The position numbers were made by a program, and so were the translations under genes. A stretch of DNA of 64,000 nt. Source: an uncultured delta proteobacterium. GTDB taxonomy: Bacteria; Desulfobacterota; Syntrophorhabdia; Syntrophorhabdales; WCHB1-27. This document shows, piece after piece, positions 18,842 to 29,917 of this stretch (positions are counted from its first letter, which is position 1; the number at the start of each line of letters is the position of its first letter). The notes beneath the pieces are model-generated. The model saw only the letters and a list, made by a program, of their open reading frames with translations, was not told where the DNA came from and searched no databases. Where the stretch lies: positions 60,074 to 124,073 of the forward strand of contig CAWFRA010000011.1 in assembly GCA_963818095.1 (NCBI GenBank), written 5' to 3'.

Positions 18842-20512
18842 ATGATCACCCGTTCGACTTCTTCGTCAATGTCTTTCGCCGATCTTATTCTATACAATGG
18901 TAAGATCGCCACTGTCGATAAATCCTTTACCATCTCCGAAGCGGTCGCCGTGATCGAGGGAAGGTTCCTGGCGGTCGGCAGTAATGAAAGCGTCAAAGCT
19001 TATTCCGGTCCCGGCACCAAGAAGATAGACCTCAAGGGGAAGCTGGTACTGCCCGGCCTCATCGATTCGCACAACCACATCGATACCGTCGGCATCGATG
19101 CAATCCGCCTGGGTTTCGATGGCTGCAAGACCGTCGCCGACGTCGTTGCCGTGATCGGAAAAGCAGCCGGGAACGCCCGACCGGGCGAGTGGATCGTCTC
19201 AGCCGGAGGCGGAAGAGCGGCCCCCGAAAAGATGGTCTCGGCCCTGAAGGAACAGAGATTTCCGACGAAGGCGGACCTGGACCCCGTCTCCCCTAACAAC
19301 CCCGTGGTCCTGCAATCGCCTCACATTTTCATAGCCAACGACCTTGCGCTCAGGCTGGCCGGTATCAACAGGGATACGGTGAGCCCGGAAGGGGGCCGGA
19401 TCGTTAAAGACCCCGAAACCGGAGAGCCTACGGGTGTGCTCACCGAGCAGGCGGTCGCCCTGATGCGAAAGGCCATGCCTGCGATCACGCGCGAGGAATT
19501 GTACGCGGCCATCAAGGAGGCGTGCCGTTTGTATAATGCGGCCGGCTTGACCGGCGTCGTATGGCACGGCTCTGCTCCGCTTCCGATAGAGGCCATGAAA
19601 GACCTCCACTCCAAAGGCGAATTGACCGTGAGGGTCTACACGCACTTGCGATACGATCCGGAAGGTAAGACAGCGGACGAGATCGCTTCCGACTTCCGCA
19701 ACCTGGCCTGGGCATCGGGGAAAGGCGCCGGCGACGACATGCTGAAAATCGGCGGGATAAAGATGATCTTCGACGGGGGCGCCGGCATCGGGACCTGTCT
19801 GCAGCGGTTCAGGTACACGGGCGCTGCGGGTAAGGAGTGGTACGGTCAGCAGCTGATCCCGACGGATAAATGGAAAGAAGTTTCTCTTCTTGCTGCCAGA
19901 TACGGTCTCAGGGTTGCCGTCCATGACACCGGGGGCGGGGCCGTCGATACGGTCCTGAAGGCATGGGAAGAAATCAACGAGGAAATTCCCATCGGCGATA
20001 AACGATGGGTCAATGTGCATTGCCAGTTCCCCACCAAAGAGAACATAAGGCAGATCAAGAGATTGGGCACGCTCATCCCCACTCAAACCATTTTTCTGGC
20101 ATCCATGGGCTCGGGCTACGTGAGATACTACGGCAGGGAAGTGGCCGATTCTGCGATCCCTCTCAGGGACTGGCTCGATAACGGCGTGCCGATCTCGCTC
20201 GGCTCGGACGCCTCCGTAAACCCTTACGACCCGGTGCTCGGAATCTGGCACGCCTGCACGAGGATTTCCGATACGGGCGAGGTCATCGGCCCGAAACAGA
20301 GGATCACGCCGCAGGAAGCGATCACCGCTTATACGATCAACGGCACATACCTGTCGTACGATGAAGAGACAAAGGGCTCGATAGAGCCTGGCAAGCTTGC
20401 CGACCTGGTGGTGCTGGACAGGGATATACTGACTATCCCGGTTGATGAGATAAAGAGCGCGAGAGTCCTGCTGACGATGGTTGGAGGTAAGGTAGTTTAC
20501 GGTCGGTTTTAG
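18842..20512 (+). CDS. amidohydrolase family 3 (YtcJ-like)
   Basis: DLKGKLVLPGLIDSHNH, GEPTGVLTE, KMIFDG, GSDA, KGSIEPGKLADLVVLD. Confidence 0.93.
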   Translation: MITRSTSSSMSFADLILYNGKIATVDKSFTISEAVAVIEGRFLAVGSNESVKAYSGPGTKKIDLKGKLVLPGLIDSHNHIDTVGIDAIRLGFDGCKTVADVVAVIGKAAGNARPGEWIVSAGGGRAAPEKMVSALKEQRFPTKADLDPVSPNNPVVLQSPHIFIANDLALRLAGINRDTVSPEGGRIVKDPETGEPTGVLTEQAVALMRKAMPAITREELYAAIKEACRLYNAAGLTGVVWHGSAPLPIEAMKDLHSKGELTVRVYTHLRYDPEGKTADEIASDFRNLAWASGKGAGDDMLKIGGIKMIFDGGAGIGTCLQRFRYTGAAGKEWYGQQLIPTDKWKEVSLLAARYGLRVAVHDTGGGAVDTVLKAWEEINEEIPIGDKRWVNVHCQFPTKENIRQIKRLGTLIPTQTIFLASMGSGYVRYYGREVADSAIPLRDWLDNGVPISLGSDASVNPYDPVLGIWHACTRISDTGEVIGPKQRITPQEAITAYTINGTYLSYDEETKGSIEPGKLADLVVLDRDILTIPVDEIKSARVLLTMVGGKVVYGRF

Positions 20513-20610
20513 ATTGAAGGCCGCCCATGGGCCCATCCCTCTAGTGCTGTAAGAGGCTTCGCGGGCGCGCCGGCCGTGCTGCGTAAACGATAGGGCAAAA
20601 GGAGGCTGTC

Positions 20611-22416
20611 ATGTCACTCAGGTCATTATCATCGGTGCTATCCATAGTCTGCGCAATCCTGGTTTGTCTCACTGCCACGGCCCACTCTTCTCCTCCGCCG
20701 GATCTTTACGCCGATTTGATCCTCTATAACGGGAAGATAGTGACGGTCGATAAATCGTTTACCATCGCCAGGGCGGTTGCGATAAAGGACGGAAAGTTCC
20801 TGGCCGTCGGCAGCTATAAGACGGCTGGCCGCTATGCCGGTCCCCTTACGAAAAAGATCGACCTGAAGGGGAAGACGGTGCTGCCCGGCCTCATAGACGA
20901 CCACCCGCACATGCTCAAGAACATGATTGCCAACGATATCACGGTCGACGTTTCCGGCCTCCATTCAATCAGTGAGATCAAGGAGCGGATCGCCAAAGCC
21001 GCCAGCTCGAAGAAGCCGGGCGAATGGATCCTCTGCTCGGCCGTGGGAGACCCACCCGATTATATGGGCTTGCCCGGGCTCTTCAAGGAAAAAAGGTGGC
21101 CGACCCGTTGGGACCTCGACGAGGCCGCTCCCGACAACCCGACGTTCATCCAGGCTGTTGGCTCCGTATGGGCGCCGCACCCCGCGATCCTGAATAGCCT
21201 CGGTCTGAAGCTGCTGGGGGTTACCAAAGAGACGCCCGATGAAGAGAGAGGCCTCATATTCATGAGGGATGAGAAGACCGGCGAACCCAACGGCCAGATG
21301 GAAAGGGCGCACATCTGGAACGACGGAAAGCTGTTCTGGAAGCTGACGGCGATGCTTCCGAGTCCCACATTCGAGCAGTCCCTTAACGGCATAAGGGCCG
21401 CGATGCGGAAATGGAACGCGGTCGGGGTCACGACCGTTTATGAAGCGCACAACATAACCCCGATGCACGTGCGACTCGCCAAGGAACTGGAGAACAGGAA
21501 ACAGTTGACCACGAGGATCCTCCTTACGTACGAAGTTCCGAAACAGTTGGGCGATGCGCCCGCCAGCCAGGTGGAAAAATGGGTGAGCGATATAGCCTCT
21601 TACTCCGCGGGACAGGGTTTCGGCAACGATTGGCTGAGGATAGGCGGGATCACCGCTTCACTCGACGGCCCGGTACAGCTCGGCGTAGCGGTAATGAGAG
21701 AGCCGTACATCGGACCTTTCGGCGAGACCACCTCAGGCGTGCAGATGTTCTCTAACGAGCGGCTGAAGGAGATCTGCCTGCTGGCCGCCAAACACAACGT
21801 GCGCATGAACGTCCAGTTCGCAGGGAGCAAAACGACCGATATCGCCCTCGACACATATGAATGGGTCAACAAGCAGATCCCCATAAACGGCAGACGCTGG
21901 ATATTTCAGCACGTCCAACACCCGACCAAGGAACAAATCGAGCGATACAAGGAGCTGGGCATCCACAGCACGGCGGTTGTAGGCTTTGAATATACGAAAG
22001 GAAAGGAAACGTTCGTGCGACGGGCAGGCGGCGGCAGGACCGATGCATTGGAAACCCTGATGCCGTTCCGGTGGTTCTTCGATACCGGGGCCGTCATCGG
22101 CAACGGTACCGACGGCGCGCATTACGAACCTATGTGGAACTTCTGGCAATTACTCACACGGATGGATGGTAGGACCGGCGAGATCCTCATGACGCCCGCA
22201 AAGAAGATCTCACGCGAGGAAGCCGTCAGGCTGTATACCTCCGAAAACGCCAGGGTGCTATTCTGGGAAGACAAGATCGGCTCTATAGAGAAAGGCAAGC
22301 TAGCCGACCTCGTTGTGCTTGACAACGATATTTTGCTATGCCCGGTAGACGCGATCAAGGACACAAAGGTGTCGGTCACGATGATAGGCGGAGAGATAGT
22401 ATACGGGCGATTTTGA
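20611..22416 (+). CDS. amidohydrolase family 3 (YtcJ-like) with signal peptide
   Basis: Hydrophobic N-term; DLKGKTVLPGLIDDHPH, GTDG, GSIEKGKLADLVVLD. Confidence 0.9.
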   Translation: MSLRSLSSVLSIVCAILVCLTATAHSSPPPDLYADLILYNGKIVTVDKSFTIARAVAIKDGKFLAVGSYKTAGRYAGPLTKKIDLKGKTVLPGLIDDHPHMLKNMIANDITVDVSGLHSISEIKERIAKAASSKKPGEWILCSAVGDPPDYMGLPGLFKEKRWPTRWDLDEAAPDNPTFIQAVGSVWAPHPAILNSLGLKLLGVTKETPDEERGLIFMRDEKTGEPNGQMERAHIWNDGKLFWKLTAMLPSPTFEQSLNGIRAAMRKWNAVGVTTVYEAHNITPMHVRLAKELENRKQLTTRILLTYEVPKQLGDAPASQVEKWVSDIASYSAGQGFGNDWLRIGGITASLDGPVQLGVAVMREPYIGPFGETTSGVQMFSNERLKEICLLAAKHNVRMNVQFAGSKTTDIALDTYEWVNKQIPINGRRWIFQHVQHPTKEQIERYKELGIHSTAVVGFEYTKGKETFVRRAGGGRTDALETLMPFRWFFDTGAVIGNGTDGAHYEPMWNFWQLLTRMDGRTGEILMTPAKKISREEAVRLYTSENARVLFWEDKIGSIEKGKLADLVVLDNDILLCPVDAIKDTKVSVTMIGGEIVYGRF

Positions 22417-22574
22417 GCAGAGAAGCCGGTAGATTTCGGCGGCGGGCGAGCACAAGGCTGCATCGCCATCAAGGACAACCTCGATACGGCGAGCGCGTAT
22501 CGCCGTTGGAAGAAATCGACAAAGGCATGGGAGTTATTCTTGAGTAAAAGATTTAACCATGCTAAATAAAAGGA

Positions 22575-23414
22575 ATGCAGCGAGCAAGCGTTATGACTCG
22601 CAGGGGCTTGGACGGCCTTGGCGATGCAGCCTTTTTTGTGCCTGACAGCATTCAGACCCCATACGGTTGGTGCGGGCACTTGCCCTTTGCCTACTGGCTC
22701 GTACGATCCATTGAACCACGCACTTTAGTAGAGCTTGGGACCCATTCCGGGAATTCCTACCTTACTTTTTGCCAGGCGGTGAAAGAATACTCCCTGGACA
22801 CAAAGTGTTACGCAGTCGATACCTGGCATGGCGACGAGCATTCCAATCGCTATGGGGAAGAGGTTTTTTCACGCATCAAGCAGTATAGTGAAACACGTTA
22901 CGGTGGTTTTTCCAGCCTTCTGCGAATGACCTTCGATGAGGCGGTGAGCTATTTTGCCGACGGCTCTATCGATCTTCTCCACATCGATGGTTTGCACACC
23001 TACGAGGCTGCCCGACACGACTTCGAAACCTGGCTCCCGAAACTCGCACCGGCCGCCATAGTGCTGTTGCATGATACTAATGTCCGGGAGCCCGGGTTTG
23101 GAGTTTGGAGATTATGGACCGAGTTGAAGGAACGCTATCCCGAACATTTGGAATTTCTCCACTCATCAGGTCTCGGAGTTGTGCAGCTCCCCGGCGGCGC
23201 GGAAACACAACTGACGGTGCGGCTGGGTTCAAACGCTCTTCAAAAACAGCTCGTCCAGGACTATTTCTCTGTATTAGGTATGCGGCAGACACATCGGTGC
23301 CCGAGGCGCGGCCGGGTAAAGCGGTTGCGCCGTTTGGTCATAGCTAATTTGACGGTCTTCATCTGGCGCCACAAATTGCGTGCCCGGCGCCCGGGGTTGA
23401 CTCACACAGCTTAA
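22575..23414 (+). CDS. class I SAM-dependent methyltransferase (Methyltransf_24 type)
   Basis: [44 protein letters not shown]. Confidence 0.85.
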   Translation: MQRASVMTRRGLDGLGDAAFFVPDSIQTPYGWCGHLPFAYWLVRSIEPRTLVELGTHSGNSYLTFCQAVKEYSLDTKCYAVDTWHGDEHSNRYGEEVFSRIKQYSETRYGGFSSLLRMTFDEAVSYFADGSIDLLHIDGLHTYEAARHDFETWLPKLAPAAIVLLHDTNVREPGFGVWRLWTELKERYPEHLEFLHSSGLGVVQLPGGAETQLTVRLGSNALQKQLVQDYFSVLGMRQTHRCPRRGRVKRLRRLVIANLTVFIWRHKLRARRPGLTHTA

Positions 23415-23484
23415 TTAAGACAATTAGCGAACCTGCTGCCCGGCCGAACATCTCTCTCGAGGCCTCGATAATCGTAAGTTTTCC

Positions 23485-23538
23485 TTGACACCGCAAGACG
23501 TTTCACTATAAATTGTCCTGACAACATTGTTTTGACAA
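23485..23538 (+). promoter_or_regulatory. sigma70 promoter with two tandem palindromic MarR-type operators
   Basis: TTGACA (23485)-N16-TATAAA; TTGTCCTGACAA (23513-23524) and TTGTTTTGACAA (23527-23538). Confidence 0.65.
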
Positions 23539-23610
23539 CGGTCCGCCCCCAGGCCGCTTGGAAGGCCTGAAGGGGTGGGTCCGGCCACATGCAGGAAGGG
23601 TCTCGAAAGA

Positions 23611-24054
23611 ATGAAAGTCGGTTGTCTCGACGACTCACCCGGTTTCTGGTTATACCGCGCCCATACGCAGGGGAGCAATCTCTTCAGGAAGATGCTCCTG
23701 ACGGCGGGCTACGACCTGACGCCCGAACAGTGCGGCATTCTGCTGAGACTGACGGAATTCGAGGGCATGAACCAGAGCCAGCTCGGCAAAAAGCTGCTCA
23801 AGGACCGCCACAATATCACGCGCCTGCTCAACCTGCTCGGCGAGCGCGGCTTCATCGAGCGCAGGCCCGACGGGGCGGACAAGCGGATATTCCGCATTTA
23901 CCTCACGGAGGCAGGCAGGGCGCTAGGCGACAAACTGGCGCCCGTCGTGGGCGATTTCTTTGACAGCATGCTGGCGGGCCTCACGGACGAAGACGTGTCC
24001 GCAATGAAGAAAACGCTGGGACGTATAAGCAGGAATCTCGAGAGGAATACATAA
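23611..24054 (+). CDS. MarR family transcriptional regulator
   Basis: LTPEQ..IL, QSQLG, ITRLLNLL...GFIER, DKR..RIYLTEAG. Confidence 0.93.
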   Translation: MKVGCLDDSPGFWLYRAHTQGSNLFRKMLLTAGYDLTPEQCGILLRLTEFEGMNQSQLGKKLLKDRHNITRLLNLLGERGFIERRPDGADKRIFRIYLTEAGRALGDKLAPVVGDFFDSMLAGLTDEDVSAMKKTLGRISRNLERNT

Positions 24055-24104
24055 TGGCCGGTAGATGGACGGTTTTCGGCCGCAAGGGGAGCGGAATACG
24101 AGGC

Positions 24105-25308
24105 ATGAACAGAAAACACGAGGTCGGCAATCGATTACTTGCCTGCGCGGTCGTCCTGCTGGCGGCAGCGGCGCTTTTAAACGGGGGGTGCAAGAAGGCA
24201 CAGTCAGGCCCTTCCGCGCCGGTCGTTGAGGTGATAGGGGTAGTGCAGAGGGACGTGCCTGTCTTCTCGGAGTGGACCGCCTCGATAGACGGCTACGTGA
24301 ACGCTACGATCCGCGCCCAGGTGCAGGGCTATCTGATAACGCGCGAATATAATGAGGGCGATTTCATAAGGAAGGGCCAGGAGCTCTTTAAGATAGACCC
24401 GCGGCCCTTCAAGGCCGCCCTGGACCAGGCCAAAGGGCGCCTCGCCGAGGACCATGCCCGGTGGGAAAACGCACGGGCAAACCTGGAGCGCATAAAGCCG
24501 CTCGTTGCCGAGCGCGCCGTGAGCAAGAAAGACCTTGACGACGCGACCGGCGCGGAGCAGTCCACGTTTGCTGCCGAACTGGCCTCGAAGGCGGCAGTCG
24601 ATAAGGCGCAACTGGACCTCGGCTTTACGCGCGTCTGCTCTCCCATCGACGGCGTTGCCGGCATAGCCAGGGCGCAGATCGGAGACCTCGTCGGCCCAGG
24701 CTCGATCGAGGAGCTGACCATCGTCTCCTCCGTAAACCCGGCCAAGGTATATGTCCCCGTGAGCGAGCAGGAATACCTCAAATACATCCAGAACGGCTTC
24801 GCCCAAAAGATGTCGCTGGACCTCATTCTTGCGGACGGCAGCACCCATCCTCACAAGGGTCGCTTCGCCTTCGCAGACAGGAACGTAGACGTGCGGACGG
24901 GTACGATCAAGGTCGCGGCCCTTTTCCCCAACCCCGGAAATATCCTGCGCCCCGGCCAGTTCGCCAGGGTCCGCGCCCGGACCACGTTGAAGAAATCGGC
25001 TACACTGGTGCCTCAGCGGGCGGTGGCCGAGCTTCAGGGCAGTTACCAGGTTGCGGTCGTAGGTCGGGACAATAAAGTGGACATCAGGCCGGTCACGGCC
25101 TCCGAGCGCATCGAAAGCCTCTGGGTGATAGACAAGGGTCTGAAACCCGGCGAGCAGGTGATCGCAGAGGGGATCCAGAAAGTCAGGCAGGGGTCCACGG
25201 TAATTACGCGAGCCCTTCACGCCCCCTCAGCCGGAGGACGGCGACTCGAGCCGGGTCAAGGGACAACCGCCGTCGGCTTCCCAACCCGCCGGATCGAACG
25301 GCAGATAG
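24105..25308 (+). CDS. RND efflux periplasmic adaptor (frameshift in the C-terminal tail)
   Basis: IRAQVQGY, IDPRPF, SPIDG, TGTIKV..FPNP..LRPGQF. Confidence 0.92.
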
Positions 25309-25320
25309 GGGGCCTCGTCC

Positions 25321-28300
25321 ATGTCGAATTTCTTCATCAGACGCCCCATCGTTGCAATGGTCATCTCCATCATGTTCGTCGTGCTGGGCCTGGTCTCGAT
25401 GGCGGGCCTGCCGATATCGCAGTTCCCCGAGATCGTGCCGCCTGAGGTCCAGATACTCACCACATATACGGGCGCCGACGCGGAGACCGTCGAGCAGTCG
25501 GTCGCCACGCCCATCGAGCAGCAGATGAGCGGCGTTGACAACATGAACTACATGTATTCGGTCAACGCCAGCAACGGCACGATGCGCATCTTCGTAAACT
25601 TCGACGTCAAGACCGACCCGAACACGGACCTCGTCCTCGCCCAGATACGCCAGAACCTTGCCCAGCCGCAGCTACCGATGGACGTCAGGAACTACGGCGT
25701 GACCATGCAGAAGGCGCGCAGCTCGCCCCTCATGATCATTGCCCTTTCTTCGCCGAAAGGCACGTACGACTCGACGTTCCTTGCCAACTACGCGAATATC
25801 AACCTCATCGACCCCATGCTGCGCGTGCCCGGCGTAGCGATGATCAACGTTTTCGGGGCAGGCCAGTACGCCGTGCGCATATGGGTGAAGCCCGACACGC
25901 TCGGCAAGCTCGGCGTTACGGTCCCCGATATCGTCAGCGCGGTCCAGAAACAGAATACCGTCAACCCGGCCGGGCAGATCGGCGCAGAGCCTGCGCCGCC
26001 CGGACAGGAATTCACCTATACGGTGCGTACCCAGAGCCGCCTGGTCTCCCCGGAGCAATTCGGCAGCATCGTGGTCCGCGCGAACCCCGACGGCTCCACA
26101 GTGAGGCTTAGCGACGTGGCCCGCATCGAGCTCGGCGCTCAGACGTACAACGTAATGGGCCGCGTGGACGGCCAGCCTGCCGGCGTCCTCGCCCTTTACC
26201 AGTTGCCGGGCACAAACGCCCTTCAGACGGTTCAGGGCGCGAAAAAGGTGATGGAAGAGGCCAAGAAACGGTTCCCTGCCGATATCGACTATGCCGTGCA
26301 CCTCGACACTACAAGGTCCATCAGCGAAGGCATCCACGAGATGCTTATCACGCTGCTCGAAGCCCTGGGGCTCGTCATCCTGGTCGTCTATCTCTTTCTC
26401 CAGGGATGGAGGGCGACCCTTATCCCGGCCCTCGCGGTGCCCGTCTCCCTCATCGGCACCTTCGCCTTCTTTCCGCTGCTCGGGTTTCTCCATCAACACC
26501 CTATCCCTTTTCGGCCTGGTCCTCGCCATAGGCCTTGTCGTCGATGACGCGATCATCGTCGTCGAGGCGGTGGAGCGCCATATCGAAGAGGGCATGACTC
26601 CGAGGGAGGCATCCGTCAAGGCGATGCAGGAGGTCGCGGGCCCCGTCATGGCCATTGCCCTGATCCTGGCCGCAGTCTTCATCCCCACTATCTTCATCCC
26701 CGGCATAACGGGCAGGCTATACCAGCAGTTCGCGGTCACGATCGCCATATCCGTGTTGATCTCGGCCTTCAACGCCCTCTCCCTCAGCCCGGCCCTCTGC
26801 GCCCTGCTGCTCAAGCCGAGAAAGACGACGCAGGGGCCGCTCGGCAGGTTCTTCGCCTCCTTCAACCGCACCTTCCACAAGGCGACCAACGGGTATATCA
26901 CGCTTTGCGCGTCCCTGATCCGCAAGAGCGTCCTGAGCCTCGGCATCCTCGCGATAGTCGCGCTTCTGGCCGGACTCCTCGGCCACCAGATACCGAGAGG
27001 GTTCCTGCCGGAAGAAGACCAGGGTTACTTCTTCGTCAACGTGGCCCTGCCCGACGCAGCCTCTCTTCAGCGCACTACGGCCGTAAGCAAGAAGATCGAA
27101 AACATCCTCAAAGATACGCCGGGGGTCGAGCATTCCAGGCAGTGCCCGGCATCAGCCTGCTGAGCAACGCCCAGAACACGTACAGCGGCTTCTTCTTTGT
27201 GACCCTTAAGGAGTGGAGTAAGAGGAAAAAATCCGGGGAGCGTTCCGACGCCATCATAGCCCACCTCAACCGGGAGCTTTCGAAGCTGCCGGAGGCGGTG
27301 GCCTTTGCGTTCCCTCCGGCAGCCATCCAGGGCATCGGTATGGCGGGCGGCGCAACCGTCGTCCTCGAAGACCGGGCCGGAAAGAGTATAGGGTTCCTCG
27401 CCCAAAACCTGAATAAGTACGTGGAGGCCGTCCGCAAGCGGCCCGAGATCGAGAGGGTCACGACCACTTTCGTCCCCGGCGTCCCCCAGCTTTGGGTGGA
27501 CGTGGACCGCGACAAGGTGCTCAGGCAGGGTGTCGACATCGGACAGGTCTACCAGACGCTCCAGGCCTTCATGGGCGGCTACTTCATCAACTATTTCAAC
27601 CGTTTCGGCAGGCAATGGCAGGTCTATGTGCAGGCAGAGGGCAAGTACCGCACGAAGGCCGAGGACATAGGCCGGTTTTACGTTATGAACGACAAAGGGA
27701 ACCCGGTGCCGCTTTCGGCCGTCACGAGCATACTCTCCCGGCCGGGCCCGGAATTCACGATGCGCTATAACCTTTACCGGGCTGCGCAGATCAACGTGGC
27801 CGGGAAACCGGGTTACAGCTCGGGCCAGGTCATGAATGCAGTCGAAGAGGTATTCCGGCAGACCATGCCTCCCGAGATGGGCATCGACTACATCGGCATG
27901 AGCTTCCAGGAGAAGAAGGCGCGGGAAGGCGTCCCGGCCTCGGCCATCTTCGGCCTCTCCCTTTTGTGCGTCTTTCTGATCCTGGCCGCCCAGTATGAAA
28001 GCTGGTCCCTCCCGTTCAGCGTGCTCCTGTGCACGCCGGTCGCGGTCTTCGGGGCCTTCCTCGCGATATACTCGCGTGGCCTGGACAATAACATCTACGC
28101 CCAGATCGGCCTCATCGTCCTTATCGGCCTCGGCGCAAAGAACGCGATCCTTATCGTCGAATTCGCAAAAGCGGCCCACGAGCGGGGCAATGCGCTCGAA
28201 GCTGCGGCCCTCGAAGGGGCCAGGCTCCGTCTCCGGCCGATCCTCATGACGTCGTTTGCCTTCCTTTTGGGCGTCCTTCCCCTCGCCTTCTCGTCCGGCG

Positions 28301-28473
28301 CCGGCGGCATGGCCCGCCGGGTAATGGGGACCGCGGTAATGGGCGGTACGGTGGCCGCTTCCGTCATCGCCGTCTTCCTTATCCCCGTCACGTTCTACGT
28401 GGTGGGGCGGATAACGGACCGCTCGAAAAAGCGCAAGCCGAAAGAGGCGGATAAAGGGGGCGGCCATGCGTAA
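25321..28473 (+). CDS. RND efflux permease (HAE1/AcrB family), split by two apparent frameshifts (about 26485 and 27135)
   Basis: FFIRRPI, GLVVDDAIIVVE, AKNAILIVEF, RLRPILMTS. Confidence 0.93.
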
Positions 28474-29896
28474 GCCCCTCGCCTGCTTTTGTCTAATCTT
28501 TGCTATGACCCTGTCGGCCTGCATGGTAGGCCCCGATTACCGGAGGCCCAGCGTCGATACCCCCGAAAACTGGCGCTTCGCGGATAAAGAGGCACAGGAC
28601 GCAGCCGATACGCAGTGGTGGAAGCAGTTCGGCGACCCGGTGCTCGACGGCCTTATCGATTCGGCATTGAAGGAGAACAAGGACGTCAGGATAGCCGCTG
28701 CGAGGGTCGAGCAGTATATCGGAAGGGCCATGGTGGTCCGGGCAGCGCAGTTCCCGCAGGTGACGGGGGCCGCCGTCCCGACGCGGACCGAGGCCTCAAA
28801 AAACATAAACCCGCCCTGGGGGCCTACCGCCAAGGACCCGTATTCGGACTACAGGCTGTTTTTGAGCGCAAGCTGGCAGATCGACCTCTGGGGCCAGTTG
28901 AGGCGCGCCACGGAGGCGGCAAAGGCCGACCTCCTGGCGACACGCGAGGCAAGGCGTGCCGTCCTCATGACGGTCGTATCTGCGGTAGCCTCCGCCTATA
29001 CGGACCTGCTCGACGTGGATAAGCAGCTCGAGATCGCCGAGCGGACGGTCGCCAGCCGGGGCGATACGTTCAAGCTCTTTCAGCTTCGCTTCGACCGCGG
29101 GCTGTGCTCGGAGCTTGAGCTGCGCCAGGCGGAGTCGGAGTACCGGTCGGCCCTTGCCACGGTGCCCCTCCTCAAGAAGATCACAGGGCAGCAGGAGAAC
29201 GCCCTTTGCGTGCTCCTTGGAAGGAACCCCGGCCCGATACCGAGGGGCCGGCCTTTCGACGGTCTTGTACTCCCCGCCGTCCCGTCGGGCCTGCCTTCGG
29301 GGCTTTTGGAGAGGCGGCCGGATATACGCCAGGCGGAGCAAAATCTGGTCGCAGCGAACGCCAGGATCGGGGTCGCGAAGGCCCAGTACTTTCCGAACAT
29401 CACGCTGACCGGCCTTTACGGCACCGAGAGCACGATGCTCTCCACCCTGTTTGCCGGTCCGTCAAGGATGTGGTCCTACTCTGCGCCCGTCATAGCGCCC
29501 ATTTTTACGGCCGGGGCAATCAGGGGGACGGTCAGGATAGCGGAAGGCGTGCAGATGGAAATGCTGGCCCGTTACGAGCAGACGATCCAGCAGGCGTTCA
29601 GGGAAGTGGAGGACGGCCTCATAGACCAGGCGAAGTCGAGGGAGCAGCTTTCAATACAGGCTGGACAGGTCGAAGCGCTCAAGGAATATGACCGCCTGGC
29701 GCGGCTCCGATACAACAACGGCTACACGAGCTACATCGAGGTGCTGGATGCGGAGCGGAGCCTGTTTGTCGCGCAGCTTTACTATGCGCAGACGCAGGCC
29801 GTTCTGATGCGCGCCCTTATTAATCTCTACAGGTCGATGGGCGGCGGCTGGGTAATGGAGGCTGAAAAGCTGGCTTACCCGGCCCCGGTGAAGTAA
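28466..29896 (+). CDS. RND efflux outer membrane lipoprotein (NodT/OprM family)
   Basis: LSACMVGPDY lipobox, WWKQFGDP.L, LERRPDI..AE. Confidence 0.93.
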   Translation: MRKPLACFCLIFAMTLSACMVGPDYRRPSVDTPENWRFADKEAQDAADTQWWKQFGDPVLDGLIDSALKENKDVRIAAARVEQYIGRAMVVRAAQFPQVTGAAVPTRTEASKNINPPWGPTAKDPYSDYRLFLSASWQIDLWGQLRRATEAAKADLLATREARRAVLMTVVSAVASAYTDLLDVDKQLEIAERTVASRGDTFKLFQLRFDRGLCSELELRQAESEYRSALATVPLLKKITGQQENALCVLLGRNPGPIPRGRPFDGLVLPAVPSGLPSGLLERRPDIRQAEQNLVAANARIGVAKAQYFPNITLTGLYGTESTMLSTLFAGPSRMWSYSAPVIAPIFTAGAIRGTVRIAEGVQMEMLARYEQTIQQAFREVEDGLIDQAKSREQLSIQAGQVEALKEYDRLARLRYNNGYTSYIEVLDAERSLFVAQLYYAQTQAVLMRALINLYRSMGGGWVMEAEKLAYPAPVK

Positions 29897-29917
29897 AGTC
29901 TCCGCCGGAAAAGTACC

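Noticed and set aside
19199-20536. Long antisense ORFs (e.g. 19199-20536, 27067-28524, 52474-53637, 9871-11082)
   Set aside because: Shadow ORFs opposite well-supported genes in GC-rich DNA, with no motifs.
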